64,000 nt of DNA from contig NC_133622.1 in the NCBI RefSeq assembly GCF_048593235.1, forward strand, positions 249,678,055 to 249,742,054, read 5' to 3'. Source of the stretch: Sminthopsis crassicaudata. Its lineage: Eukaryota. The notes below the pieces were generated by a model. The model did no database searches and was not told the DNA's origin. It worked only from the letters and a program-made list of their open reading frames with translations. Below, piece by piece: positions 43,012 to 53,640 of the stretch. The position numbers were made by a program, and so were the translations under genes. The stretch's first letter is position 1, and each line of letters begins with the position of its first letter.

Positions 43012-43379
43012 GCCCCCCAGCACCCCAACCTAGGAACACAGGAGTCAGATACAGGGAGGGTCCCAGCCAGGGCTCGGACCCCAATCTCAGACCCCCCAGC
43101 CAAGGCATTTTCAGACCAGCCTGGGGGGGGGGGCTGCCTCTGCTGCCCCCCATGTCCTCCCCTCCCCCCCCAGCCTGTGAGCTGGGGGCCGAGGGTACAG
43201 TGAAGGAGGGTGGGGAGGGGTAGAGCTGGCTCACGGCAGAGACCCCCAGGCGACAGGACAGAGGAGGGAGCTTCTGAAAGAGACTCCCGCTCCCCCCCTC
43301 CCCTGCCCCGTGCGGCCTTGGCCAAGGTGCAGCGCCCCACAGGGCCTCAGTTTCCCCATCTGCTGAGGGGGTGGATCCC

Positions 43380-43700
43380 CTGGGCCCGGAGGGGCGGTCC
43401 TCACCAGATTCCGGAACAGAGGAAGCCAATGAGAAGTGGGGACTGGAGGGAGGGAGTGAGGGGGGAGGAGGGAGGCTCTGCTTCCGCTTTCCTGAAGTAA
43501 GGGGAGGAGCCAGGCCCAGCTGAGACCGGAAGNNNNNNNNNNNNNNNNNNNNNNNNNNNNNNNNNNNNNNNNNNNNNNNNNNNNNNNNNNNNNNNNNNNN
43601 NNNNNNNNNNNNNNNNNNNNNNNNNNNNNNNNNNNNNNNNNNNNNNNNNNNNNNNNNNNNNNNNNNNNNNNNNNNNNNNNNNCAGCAGCAGCCATAGGAG
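43380..43700. promoter_or_regulatory. TRPT1/NUDT22 bidirectional promoter, partly hidden by N block 43533-43682
   Basis: Divergent gene pair; CCGGAA/TTCCG ETS motifs, CCAAT at about 43427, GC box, minus-strand donor near 43404. Confidence 0.65.
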
Positions 43701-43857
43701 GGAGCTGCCCAGTCAGTCCTGGGCCAGGCCGGGGGCACCTGGGCAGCACAGCCGGGACTGGGACTTCACAAGAGAATTTCAGCTGGCAGGAGCCACCCTT
43801 TGGGGCAGTGGTAACTGCCCATCTCTCCCTTCCAGACCTTGCCTCCCTCCCCGCTCT

Positions 43858-46800
43858 ATGGATCCCGAGGTCTCCCTGCTGGTCCAGTGCCCACTGGGCG
43901 GGCTTGCTGAAGAGCAGGTGCGGGCAGAGTTGAGCCCAGCTTATGACCGGCGCCTGCTGCCCGGAGGAGAGGACTCCATCACCGATGCTTGGAATGCCCG
44001 ACGGCAGGCCCAGCCCTGGCTCTTCAACGCTCCCAAGTTCCGGCTGCACTCGGCAGCCTTGGGGTCCCCGGATCCTGGGGGGCCCCGCCTGACCCTGCGT
44101 CTGGGTCTCACCTCTTACCGGGACTTCCTAGGCACCAACTGGGCTAGCTCAGCAGGCAGGCTTCGGTGTCAGGGGAGAGCTGACTGGGGAGATGCCCAGG
44201 CCTACTTGGCAGACCCCCTGGGAGTGGGCGCCATGCTGGGCACTTCAGATGGCTTTCTGGTCTTTCTACGCCGGTCTCTGAGGGTGGCCGAGGCCCCCGG
44301 GATGATAGATGTGCCAGGGGGGCACCCTGAGCCTCAGGTGAGAACCTACACCCTACAGAGTCAGGCAAAGAGAGCCCCTGACCTCTAGAGCCTAGGACTC
44401 TAAGACCTAAAACCAAGGAGAATTAGGGGTAGGGTGGGGGAGGAGGGCTTGCTTGTACTTTTGGGGGCTCGTTTCCCCTTCCTCTTGCACCCTCTCACTG
44501 TCTGGAGCTGTGGGGGAAGAAGCCTGAGGACCTACCTGAGGAGGGCAAGCACTGTGATAGAAAGAAGCAGGGTGAGGTGGTCACAGGCAGGCAGTGGTCC
44601 ACCTAGCCCCCCAGTATCTTCCTCTCTCCCCACACCAGCATCTACAAGGCAACAAGAGATGGTCAACCTATATTTGTTGAGTGAGAGAAATGAGATTAAT
44701 GTAGAGAATGACTGAGGAATGAGGAAGATGGACCAAGTTGAGTAAAGTGCCTGAGAGGCAGTGTGGTATAATGGACATTAAATATGGCATCAGGACGGCC
44801 TGGGTTCAAATCCTGCCTCCATCACTTTCTTCTCTGGCAAGATGATATTTGGCTAGTCTGTCTAGCCTTGTTCCTTCTCTGTGCCTCATTTCCCACGGGG
44901 CTCCCTTCCAGCTCTCAGTCTGTGGCCCTGTGATTCTGGCAACGTGCACATGTGAAGGCAGAGGCATGATGGGTTGGAAACATGAGCATCTGGGAGCACC
45001 AGGAAGGGTCTCACAAAGAGGGGGTAGGTGGAGTCAAGATGGCAGAGTAAAGGCTGGCAAACGGGGATTCCAAGAGGAGGAGCTGAGGGGGAGAAGGCAT
45101 TCCAAGTAGGAAGGAAGGAAGGAAACTAGCATTTCTTTCTTTTTTCTTTTCTTTTCGCTGAGGCAATTGGGGTTAAGTGACTTGCCCAGGTCACACAGCC
45201 AGGAAGTGTTATGTGTCTAAAGCCAGATTTGAAGCCAGGTCCTCCTGACTTCAGGGTTGGTGCTCTATCCACTGAGCCACCCAGCTGCTCCTGAAACTAG
45301 CGCTTCTTAAGCAGCAACCGTGTGCCTGGCACTGGGATGAGCCCTCAACAAAAATTTTTTCATTTGATCCTCACAACCACACTGGGGAATAGATCTATTA
45401 TCATCCCCATTTGACTAATGGGGAAACTGAGGCAAAGATTAACTAACTTATGCAGTCACATGGATGCAAGCATCTGAAGTATCTCAGTTCTTCCTAGCTC
45501 CAGGCCCAGGTCTTTCTCCCATGAGCCTCCTGGCTGCCCGATAGGGGAGATTCTACATGCTATTTTTGGCAAGAAAAAGCCACTGAAATGTACTGAGAAG
45601 GGGGCGAAAATTTTATAGTATGATTAGAGCCGGACTTTGAGAAATTCCTTTTGGTGACTGAGTGGAGGAGGGACTTTGGGGAGGGGAGGCTGATCTACCC
45701 CCGAGCTACTGTAATGGTCCAGGGGTGAGAGGATGTGGGTTTCCACTAGGGTGAAAGTGGCCGTAAGCAGGGAAAGAGGGAGAGGAAGACTGGAGGTAGA
45801 AACAGGATTTACAAACCATTAGCTACTTGAGGTGAGTGAAAGTGGAAAGAGTCACAGAGGACAGGCTACTGAGGTAGATATAGGGAACTAGAGCCAACAG
45901 GTACTTCTTAAACACCCACTGTGTGCTAGGCACTGAGCCTACAGGTACTTCTTAAACACCCACTGTGTGCTAGGCACTGAGCCTACAGGTACTTCTTAAA
46001 CACCCACTGTGTGCTAGGCACTGAGCCTACAGGTACTTCTTAAACACCCACTGTGTGCTAGGCACTGAGCCTACAGGTACTTCTTAAACACCCACTGTGT
46101 GCTAGGCACTGAGCCTACAGGTACTTCTTAAACACCCACTGTGTGCTAGGCACTGAGCCTACAGGTACTTCTTAAACACCCAGGCTGTGCTAGATACCAC
46201 ACTAAGTGCTAGAAGCTGGAGGAGTGACGAGTCCCTTTTGGACACTTTCTCCAGCCCTCTCAGAGATGGGGGCTCTGAGACTCTTGGGGCACAGGAGGTG
46301 CTGACTGCATCGTCTGGGGGAGCTCCTCCTGCCAGGGAGGTCCGGGTCCATTCTCTGTGCCTTTTACTCAGTCACAAGGAACTGATGGCTGACAGGGGAG
46401 TTAATGGCCCCCAAACCAGAGTCTGGCTCTCTTCTGGTCAGCCAGTTCCCTCCCTGGTGCTCTGCCAGCCTGATGTGCTGCAGTGGGGCCGGGAGGAAGG
46501 GCCCGAGGGGGGGTGGGCCCGCCTGGAGCCGTGGACTTCTGTCAGAGGGGGACAGGGAGCGAGCCCAGGCTGCCTCCTTGTAGGCCCTGTTTCCTGGGGA
46601 GACTCCCCGGCATGAAGATCTGCCCGAGGATCTGGTGATTCGGGAGCTGTTCTCCTCCATTCTGCAGGAGATCCGGGATGAGGTGAGGAGAGGGGGGGAG
46701 GAGGGGGATGGTGGAAGCGGGGGATGGGGCAGTGCCCCCGATCTCAGACCCCTTCCTCCCCAGGTGAATCTGCCATTGTCTACTCTGAGCCGTCCCCTCC

Positions 46801-48169
46801 TCCTGGGCATTGCCCGCAATGAGACCAGCGCGGGAAGGGCCAGCGCAGAATTCTATGTCAGGTACCAGGCACCCTGCGGAAGCTGGTGCTTCTTCCTTCG
46901 GGGGGGCAGACTCAGAAGTGGGTGGAGGCATTTGCAAAGGGGCCTTCTGGGAAACAGCAGCTTTTTGAGCACAAGCAGCCAGCCTTTCCTTCGTTCCACC
47001 AGCCACGCCACCCACGTTCGGGGGTGCTTGGATTTCCAGGGGGCGCTTGGGGTCTCCAGGGGGCTGGCAGCACAGAAGGGCTCAGTTTCAAACTCTGCTC
47101 CTGATTTTCTGGGAGTCTGGAGGCCGGCTTGGGGAGGATTGAGCCTTTGGGCCCCTGGCTGGAGGGGTCAGCCTTGCCCTCTGAACTTTGTCTCCCCTTC
47201 CCTTAGCTGTAGCCTGACCTCCGAGCAGGTGAGGACCCTCTATATGACTGGAGGCCTGGAAGCCCACGAGTCCACTGGCATCATCTTCATGGAAACACAG
47301 GTGAGCGCTGGGAGGCCGGACGCCGGGTCCTTGGCTTGATGTTGGGAGCGAAAACGAGGCCGGGCAGGATGGAAATAGCGAGCCAGGGGCGCGGGGGCAT
47401 GGGGGGGGGGAGGTTCGCCCCAAGTCTCAGAGGCAGCAAGTAAAGATCCTTTCAGGTGAAATTTGAGAGGAGCGGTGGGCAGTCCTGCCTCTGCGCCCCC
47501 GCTGGGCCCGAGGACGAGGCTGGGCAGATGCTAGCTAGCATAAGAGTAAAAGTCCTCTGCTCTAAGTGGACAGCCAGTCCAGGAGCAGAGGGGAGCGGGA
47601 CCCCCAAGGAGGATGGCAGCCTTCGGGGCGCAGCGTCTTAGGACAGGCACTGACAGCCTGGAGGAGGGAGGCTCCCCGGGGACGGACCTCACCCTCCCAT
47701 CCCAGAAGCGCGGAGGAAATGGCGAGGGTTATCCTGGGAGTCAGACCAGGGACACGAATGATGGCCGATGGGTGTAGAGTGCTCTGCTGGGCCCCAGAGG
47801 ACAGGAGCAGGGGGGCAAGGTTCCCTAACTCCCGAGGGGCCCATGGGCACCCTTTGCTGGTGGTCTTCAAGGCAAAGGCTGCATGGCTCCCTGCCAGAGG
47901 TGACATTGAAGGGAGGGGACGGACGGGGATCCCCAGGTACTCTGGATCCGGACGTAAGGACGGGGGCCCCCGGGCACCCTGGACCCGGACAGACGGACGG
48001 GGGCCCCCTGGATTGGCCAGGCGGGGGGCCAGGGACTTAAGCCCAAGCCTGTCTTTCCCCACAGAGAGTCCGAGGCCTGCAGGAGGAATCCGAAGCCTGG
48101 GGCGAGCTCTGCCCCTCGGCCAAGGGCGCCATTCTGCTCTACAACCTGGCCCAGGCCAGGCCGGGGTGA
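43858..48169 (+). CDS. NUDT22: Nudix hydrolase 22 (UDP-glucose pyrophosphatase), 291 aa
   Basis: Exons 43858-44337, 46584-46682, 46764-46861, 47207-47300, 48065-48169; total 876 nt. MDPEVSLL...[11 protein letters not shown]...DVPGGHPEP...[10 protein letters not shown]. Confidence 0.97.
44750..44830 (+). mobile_element. MIR-type SINE fragment
   Basis: gtgtggtataatgga...gacggcctgggttcaaatcctgcctcc. Confidence 0.6.
45138..45292 (-). mobile_element. Young marsupial CORE-SINE (WSINE1-like) with target-site duplication
   Basis: Reverse complement reads ggagcagctgggtggctcagtggatagagcaccaaccctgaagtcaggaggacctgg...aagtcacttaaccccaattgcctcagc plus an A-rich tail. TSD gaaactagc(at/gc)ttctt at 45122-45137 and 45293-45308. 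Confidence 0.9.
45345..45520 (-). mobile_element. MIR-type SINE
   Basis: tgatcctcacaaccac...tatcatccccattt...gggaaactgaggc. Confidence 0.7.
45891..46181. repeat. Perfect 44-bp tandem array, 6 full units plus a partial
   Basis: ACAGGTACTTCTTAAACACCCACTGTGTGCTAGGCACTGAGCCT starts at 45897, 45941, 45985, 46029, 46073, 46117 and 46161. Confidence 0.99.
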
Positions 48170-48218
48170 GCAGGCCCGGCCCCTCTCAGCTCACCCCCCC
48201 ATCCTGCGCTGTCCAGAC

Positions 48219-48224
48219 AATAAA
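48219..48224 (+). terminator. NUDT22: NUDT22 poly(A) signal
   Basis: AATAAA 50 nt after the stop codon. Confidence 0.8.
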
Positions 48225-48779
48225 GGATTGATTCTCCTGCGCCTGGTCTGAGAACGCGCCGGAAGAGACCGGGCCTCAGTTTCTCCCGGTGGACAAAGAG
48301 GCAAGGCCCCCATCCCTGCGCTGGGGGAGGGGTCGGGCGGGCCTCCGCCGCGGATTTCTGCGCCCCCACAGGATTCTAAGGAACAACTTCTGCGGAAATA
48401 TCCTCAAACTATTTTTAAAAGTCCCCCCAGCCCTGACTTCTCCCTGACCTTCATTTAAGGCTCGGGGAACTGAGGCCCAGACAGGAAAGGCATTAGCCTC
48501 TGGGAACGGCTCTCTGACCTCGGCACAGCCCTTCCGGCCCTCGGCCAGTCCCCCCTCTCTCTGCCCCCGGAGCTGAGGGTCCCAGGAGCGCACTGCCTCG
48601 GGCACCGATTCCCCCTCTGACCTTGCACCGGTCACTTGACCTGGGTCTCAGTTACCCCCACTGAAGAACTAGGGAGGAGCTCTGAGAACGTCCTCCGCCC
48701 CTCCCCCAGCCTGGGCCCCTCCCCGCAGATACGCACCCCTCGAGGCGGCGGAGGAAGAAGGGGAGGGTCTGGGGGCGGG

Positions 48780-49016
48780 ACTATCACGTAGAGTCCCACC
48801 CCTTACGTCTTTGCCGCTAGATGGGCGGATCTAAGGGCTCTGGGGCCAATGAGAGCAGCCGAGGACGGTGGTGGGTGGGCGGTGTCAACCGATTTTGCGA
48901 GCCCGGTAGGCGGGATTAGAAGCACCCGGACCAATTGCGAGATCCGGGGGCGGGAGGGGGCGGGGCCTGAGCGGGAGAAGGAAATGGCGGCGCGGGCGTC
49001 GGGCTCCGGAGCTCCC
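48780..49016 (+). promoter_or_regulatory. DNAJC4: DNAJC4 CpG promoter and putative exon 1
   Basis: CCAAT at about 48846 and 48930, GC boxes, YY1-type AAATGGCGGC at 48982, GTGAGT donor at 49017. Confidence 0.6.
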
Positions 49017-49689
49017 GTGAGTGTCCCGGAGGACGTGGGGTGGGGGGGTCGGAGGCGGTGCGTGGGGGGCGGGGCTTCGCACCGCCGCCCCTCCCCCCAA
49101 ATCAAGTTTGGGGGGGCGGGGGGACGCCGGCCTAGCTTGCGGGGCGGAACGTTGCGGGTTTCTTTCCCGGGGTGGGGAAGGTTGGAGTAGAGGCTTCCTC
49201 TGCCGCAGTCTCTCCCCCGGGGGTGAGAATCTGCCTCTCCTCCAGCAGCCGGCACAGACGGGCTCCCTCCTCTCTTCAGCCTCCCCTTCCCCACTGGAAG
49301 GACCCCCACGCCGGACACCCCAATGCCCTCTTGTATCAGATTCCCGGGTCTCTGACACGGGGCGCGGGACCCCAGGGCCAGACCCCCCGGACCAGGGTCA
49401 GCTCTTCCCAAGTCTTTGGTGTCAGGAACCCCAGCCCCCCCCCCTCGCCCCGCCCCACGTCATCTCCGCGTCAGACCCCACCGCCCCAAATCCCCCGGAG
49501 GTCAGCGCTTCCGGTGCCAGAGACCAGGGGCCAATCCAGTAGAACAAGGAGCCCCTCCTGTCCGTGCACCCGGGCACCTCAGCTCACCTGTGTCTGCCTC
49601 AGTTTTCTCAGCTGTAAAATAGGAATCGTCCCAGCACCTGTCAGCCCATGGTTGTGAGGAGCAGATGAGGTTCCCTTTTCCCAGCATCC

Positions 49690-50060
49690 CCCAGTGTCCC
49701 AGACCCCCTCAGTGTCCTCTAGTGTGACCCCCCAGTGTGAGACCCCCCTCAGCGTCCCCCAGTGTCCCAGACCCCCAGCATCCCTCAGTGTGAGACCCCC
49801 AGTGTCCCACACCTCCAGTGTCCCCCAGTGTCACAGACCCCCCAGCATCCCTCAGTGTGAGACCCCCCCAGTGTCCCAGACCCCCTCAGTGTCCCCTAGT
49901 GTGACCCCCCCCCGTGTGAGACCCCCTCAGCGTCCCCCAGTGTGAGACCCCCTCAGTGTCCCCCAGTGTCCCAGACCCCCTCAGCGTCCCCCAGTGTCCC
50001 AGACCCCCTCAGTGTCCCCTAGTGTGACCCCCCCAGTGTGAGACCCCCCGAGTGTCCCCC
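49690..50060. repeat. Minisatellite built from CAGTGT(GAGA/CCCAGA)CCCCC units
   Basis: Repeated cagtgtgagacccc / cagtgtcccc motifs. Confidence 0.9.
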
Positions 50061-50656
50061 TGTTTGGGGCCAGAACTCTGAACTTGAAACAGAGGATTCT
50101 TCTGAAGCGCTAGGTCAGTGGACTTGAGGGAGACAGCGGTTGCCTCATTGAGCCTGGCTCCCTGTGAGGATCTGACCTCCAAGGAGCCGATCGGGGCCAG
50201 AACTTGGAACAAGGCACTGAGTGGGATTGAGCAGACGACGGTTAAACCTAGTTTAGCCTTGATTGAATCCTGCAACAAACCACGGATTCCCCGAGTGACT
50301 GGTGTTGCTCAGTGGGGGCACAGAAGGGGAGGCTCTCAGGGCCGGGCGCACTAGAAGCTCCTTCCGTCGCCCACCCTCGCTGGCGCTGGAGCACAAACCC
50401 TTGGGAGCCGGGGAGAACGCGGGGAGGCAGAAGCGGTGGCGGCCCCCCTCCTCCCCCCGCTGACACCACGGTCCGGAAGGCCCCCAGAAAGCTGGCCGAG
50501 CCCCAGGTGAGGGAGACGAGACTTGGAAGGAGACAATAAAGGATGTGGACCTTAACCCCCGCTGCTCGTGTGGCGGTTACTGACCTGAAGGAAGGCTGCT
50601 CCCAGAGACCCCAGGGAAACCGAAACAGAGCGCTCCGTTTTGGAGAGAAACTACGA
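50061..50656 (+). mobile_element. Solo LTR in DNAJC4 intron 1, same family as 7404-7872
   Basis: Start TGTTTGGGGCCAGAAC vs TGTTATGGGCCAGAAC. Shared blocks ggaa(a)ggcc.ccagaaagctg, gacttggaa.gagacaataaaggat, aaggctgctcccaga.accccaggg and gagagaa..ac. Flanked by C runs. Confidence 0.8.
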
Positions 50657-50843
50657 CCCCCAATGGAAGACAAGGCCCCCCGGGATCCCCAGTGACAGGA
50701 GCCGAACTCCAGCGTCCTCTCCCCATTGACAGAGAATGTCCCCCAGGGTCCCCACTGTCACAGTCTCCTGGCCTCCCCAAGGGGCCAGCTGGTCAGGGCG
50801 GCCTGGGTGACTTTTCTGTCCTGCCCTCCCCCCAGGCACAGAG

Positions 50844-53064
50844 ATGCCCCTCCTGCGCCTGGTCTCCCGGCTCTGCCAGCTGTGGCCCCCATGCCCTTCT
50901 TGTGCCAGGCCCCTCAGCTTCAGTCCCTGCCAGAGGTGAGCCTGGGTGGGGGAGGGTGAGACCCTGCTCTGGTCTGTCTGTGGTCTTGGCCTCTGCAGGT
51001 CCCAGAGGGGGTTGGGCCAGGTGGTCCTCCCTTCCCCAGTTTGTGGGAGGCAGCCCCGGCCCGCTTCGAGTCCCAGCTCTGCCACTGAACCCCGCCCCCT
51101 GGGTCCCCTTTCCGGGCCTGCTCAGACCCCGCCTCCTCTGGGGTGACCCCGGAACCATCCAGGGTTTCCCCCACCTTCCGGCAGGGCGAGACAAAGTAAC
51201 TACTATGAGCTTCTGGGGATCTGTCCCGATGCCAGCATGAAGGAAGTCAAGCGAGCCTTTTTTGCCAAGTCCAAAGAGGTGGGTGTGGGCCGGAGGGCGC
51301 CCTGGGGAGCTGCTGCCATTCCCCCACCCCCGGCTCCTTCCAAGTGCGGAGTAGGGGAAGGAGCTTTGGGCCGGGAGTCAAAAGACCTCGGTAGAGATGG
51401 CTTGTGAGCTGGGAGACCTCAGACAAGTCACCGTCTGAACCAGGCTGGTGCGGGCAAGTGGGGGTGCTCCCGGTCCTGGTCCAGTTCCACCGAGCATTGT
51501 GGGCGCTGGGCGAGAAGGGCCTCGGCTCTGGCTCCCAGGGCCAGCAGCAGTGCCCCCAGAACCAAACCGGGGTGCGGGGCCCTGGGGATGCTGTGGGGAG
51601 GCGGGGACAGATGGGGGTGGGAGTGACCTGGAATAGCCTTCCCTGTCCAGCCTTGGTTGGGAAATGCCCAGGCCTGGAGCCAGCCTGGGACATGTGGTAA
51701 GAGCAGGGGCCTTGGGGGCTACCCAGAAGGCTCGGGGACAAGTGATCTTTGTGCCGGTTCCAGCCCCTTTGTCCTACAGCCGCCAGCGGGTCTTTTCACC
51801 TTCCAGACTGGGAGCCAGCCTAATAAGCTGCCCCGGGGGGCTTGGAGTCCCGATTCCCATAATCCACCGGGCCACAAAGCCCTCCCAGAGGGGAAGGGGG
51901 CATGGGGGACACTAAAGGGGGCGCTGGGGCACAAGGGAAAAGGCCACTGGAAAGCCTTGTTTAAGACCCTCCCAGCATCCCTTGGGCACTCCGAGGCCTT
52001 CAGAATGGGGCACAGTCTGTGCTGGGTGGTGTGGGGGAGCTTGGGCTTAGGGGACAGAGGGGGCTGGAGCCCCCCAGTTACCAGCCTCTCCTCCGCCAGC
52101 TTCACCCCGACCGGGACCCCAAGAACCCCGCTCTCCACAACCAATTTGTGGCGCTGAACGAAGCCTATCGGGTTCTGAGCAAGGAGTCCAGCCGGCGGGC
52201 CTATGACCAGCAGCTCTCCCTCCGAGGCTCCGCGCCGTCTCCCGGCCACGCCTCCCAGGGGGCCTACCACAACTACCGGCCTCCCTCGGCCTCTGCCTCC
52301 AGGTGAAGGCCGGCCTCCACCCCTCCCCTCCACCCGCCGGCGCCCCCGCCCCCGCCCCCTCAGCCCATAGTCCTCCGGCTCCCCAGCATCCCCTCTGTCG
52401 CCTTTCCCAGCAGCTCCTGGTCCTGGGCCGAGGCTGACGCCCGCTACTGGGGGCAGTTCCGCCGGGTGCGCCCCGAGGACTTCGTGGGGGCTCGTCAGCG
52501 GCAGCAGCGGCAGAACCACCGCGTGCTGGGCTACTGCCTCCTGCTGATGCTGGGGGGCATGGTCATGCACTACATCGCCTTCAGGTGAGGGGGGAGCAGG
52601 GGGGGTCCCCGGCAGGGGCGGCCTCTAACCCGTCCCCTCCCCCTCCCGCAGAAAGCTGGAGCAGGTGCACCGAAGCTTTATGGACGAGAAGGACCGAGTT
52701 ATCATGGCCATCTACAATGAGAGCAGGACCAGGGCCAGGTCTGGGCCCCCCTCTCCAGTCTGCGTCCCCAGGCGGGAGGGACACCCGGGGCTCGGGGCTG
52801 CAGAGCCTGTGCCCGGTGGGGAGCGGGGGAGCTGGGCCCCTCGTGGAAGGCCTGGGGCATTCTCTGGGCCGGGAGCAGCGGGAGGTCGGGGGGTGGGGTG
52901 GGCGACAGGCTTCCTGGGGGAGGGGCTGAGGGGGTCGGTGACGGGCCGAAGCGCTCCCGGGGCCCGGGTTCATTCGGCCTTTCCCCTACAGAGCGAACAG
53001 CGCCAGGCTCCAGCAGGAGAAGCTGCAGAAGGCCCAGAGCCCCCAGCCGCGCCCCGAGAAGTGA
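50844..53064 (+). CDS. DNAJC4: DnaJ/Hsp40 member C4, 240 aa
   Basis: Exons 50844-50935, 51185-51278, 52100-52302, 52411-52584, 52652-52738, 52992-53064; total 723 nt. J-domain NYYELLG...LHPDRD (HPD motif) and transmembrane segment VLGYCLLLMLGGMVMHYIAF. Confidence 0.96.
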
Positions 53065-53115
53065 CCCGCGCCCCTTCTTCCCTCCGCCGCCCGAGGGGCC
53101 CCGCGGCGCGCGTAC

Positions 53116-53121
53116 AATAAA
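53116..53121 (+). terminator. DNAJC4: DNAJC4 poly(A) signal, inside the VEGFB CpG island
   Basis: AATAAA 52 nt after the stop codon. Confidence 0.8.
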
Positions 53122-53640
53122 GTCTTTGTCAGTGGGCGTGTGCCTCCTCCCTCGCGCCTCCGCTCTCCCCGCGGGCCTGGCTCCGGCGCCGGGAGCCCGT
53201 CCGCTTCCTCTCGCCCACGTGGGCCGCAGCCCCAGGCGAGAGCGGGCGCTGTCCACCGGCTTGGCCCGCGCCCGCTGAAGGGAGGGAGGGAGGGAGGGAG
53301 GAAGGGGGCGTGCGCAGCCCCAGGGGGAGCGGCCCGGGCTGGGGGTGCTGGAGGCCGGCTGCCCGCCCCCGCGGCCCCTCCCTCTCACCCCCTCCCCGGC
53401 CGCGGCCGGCCCCTCCCCCACCCGGGCCCGGGGTGGGGGTGGGGGGGAGCGCGTGTCTGGGTCACATGAGCCGCCCGGGCTCGGCCCCCCGCAGCCCCGG
53501 CCGCCCGTGTCCCCGCCGCCGCCACTGCCACCGCCTCGTCGGGCACCCGCCGCCGCCTGCGCCCGCGGCCCCGCCATGGGGCGCCCCTCGCGCCTGCCCC
53601 CGCCCCCGGGCTAGGACGATGCGGGAGCCCCGCGGGCACC

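Noticed and set aside
45891-46181. CRISPR-like appearance of the 44-bp array
   Set aside because: Units are contiguous with no spacers, there are no cas genes, the context is a eukaryotic intron, and the unit derives from an L2 tail.
49690-50060. CAGTGT repeats as a miR-141/200a sponge
   Set aside because: The seed match needs AGTGTT, but the units are CAGTGTC/G. The region is also intronic.
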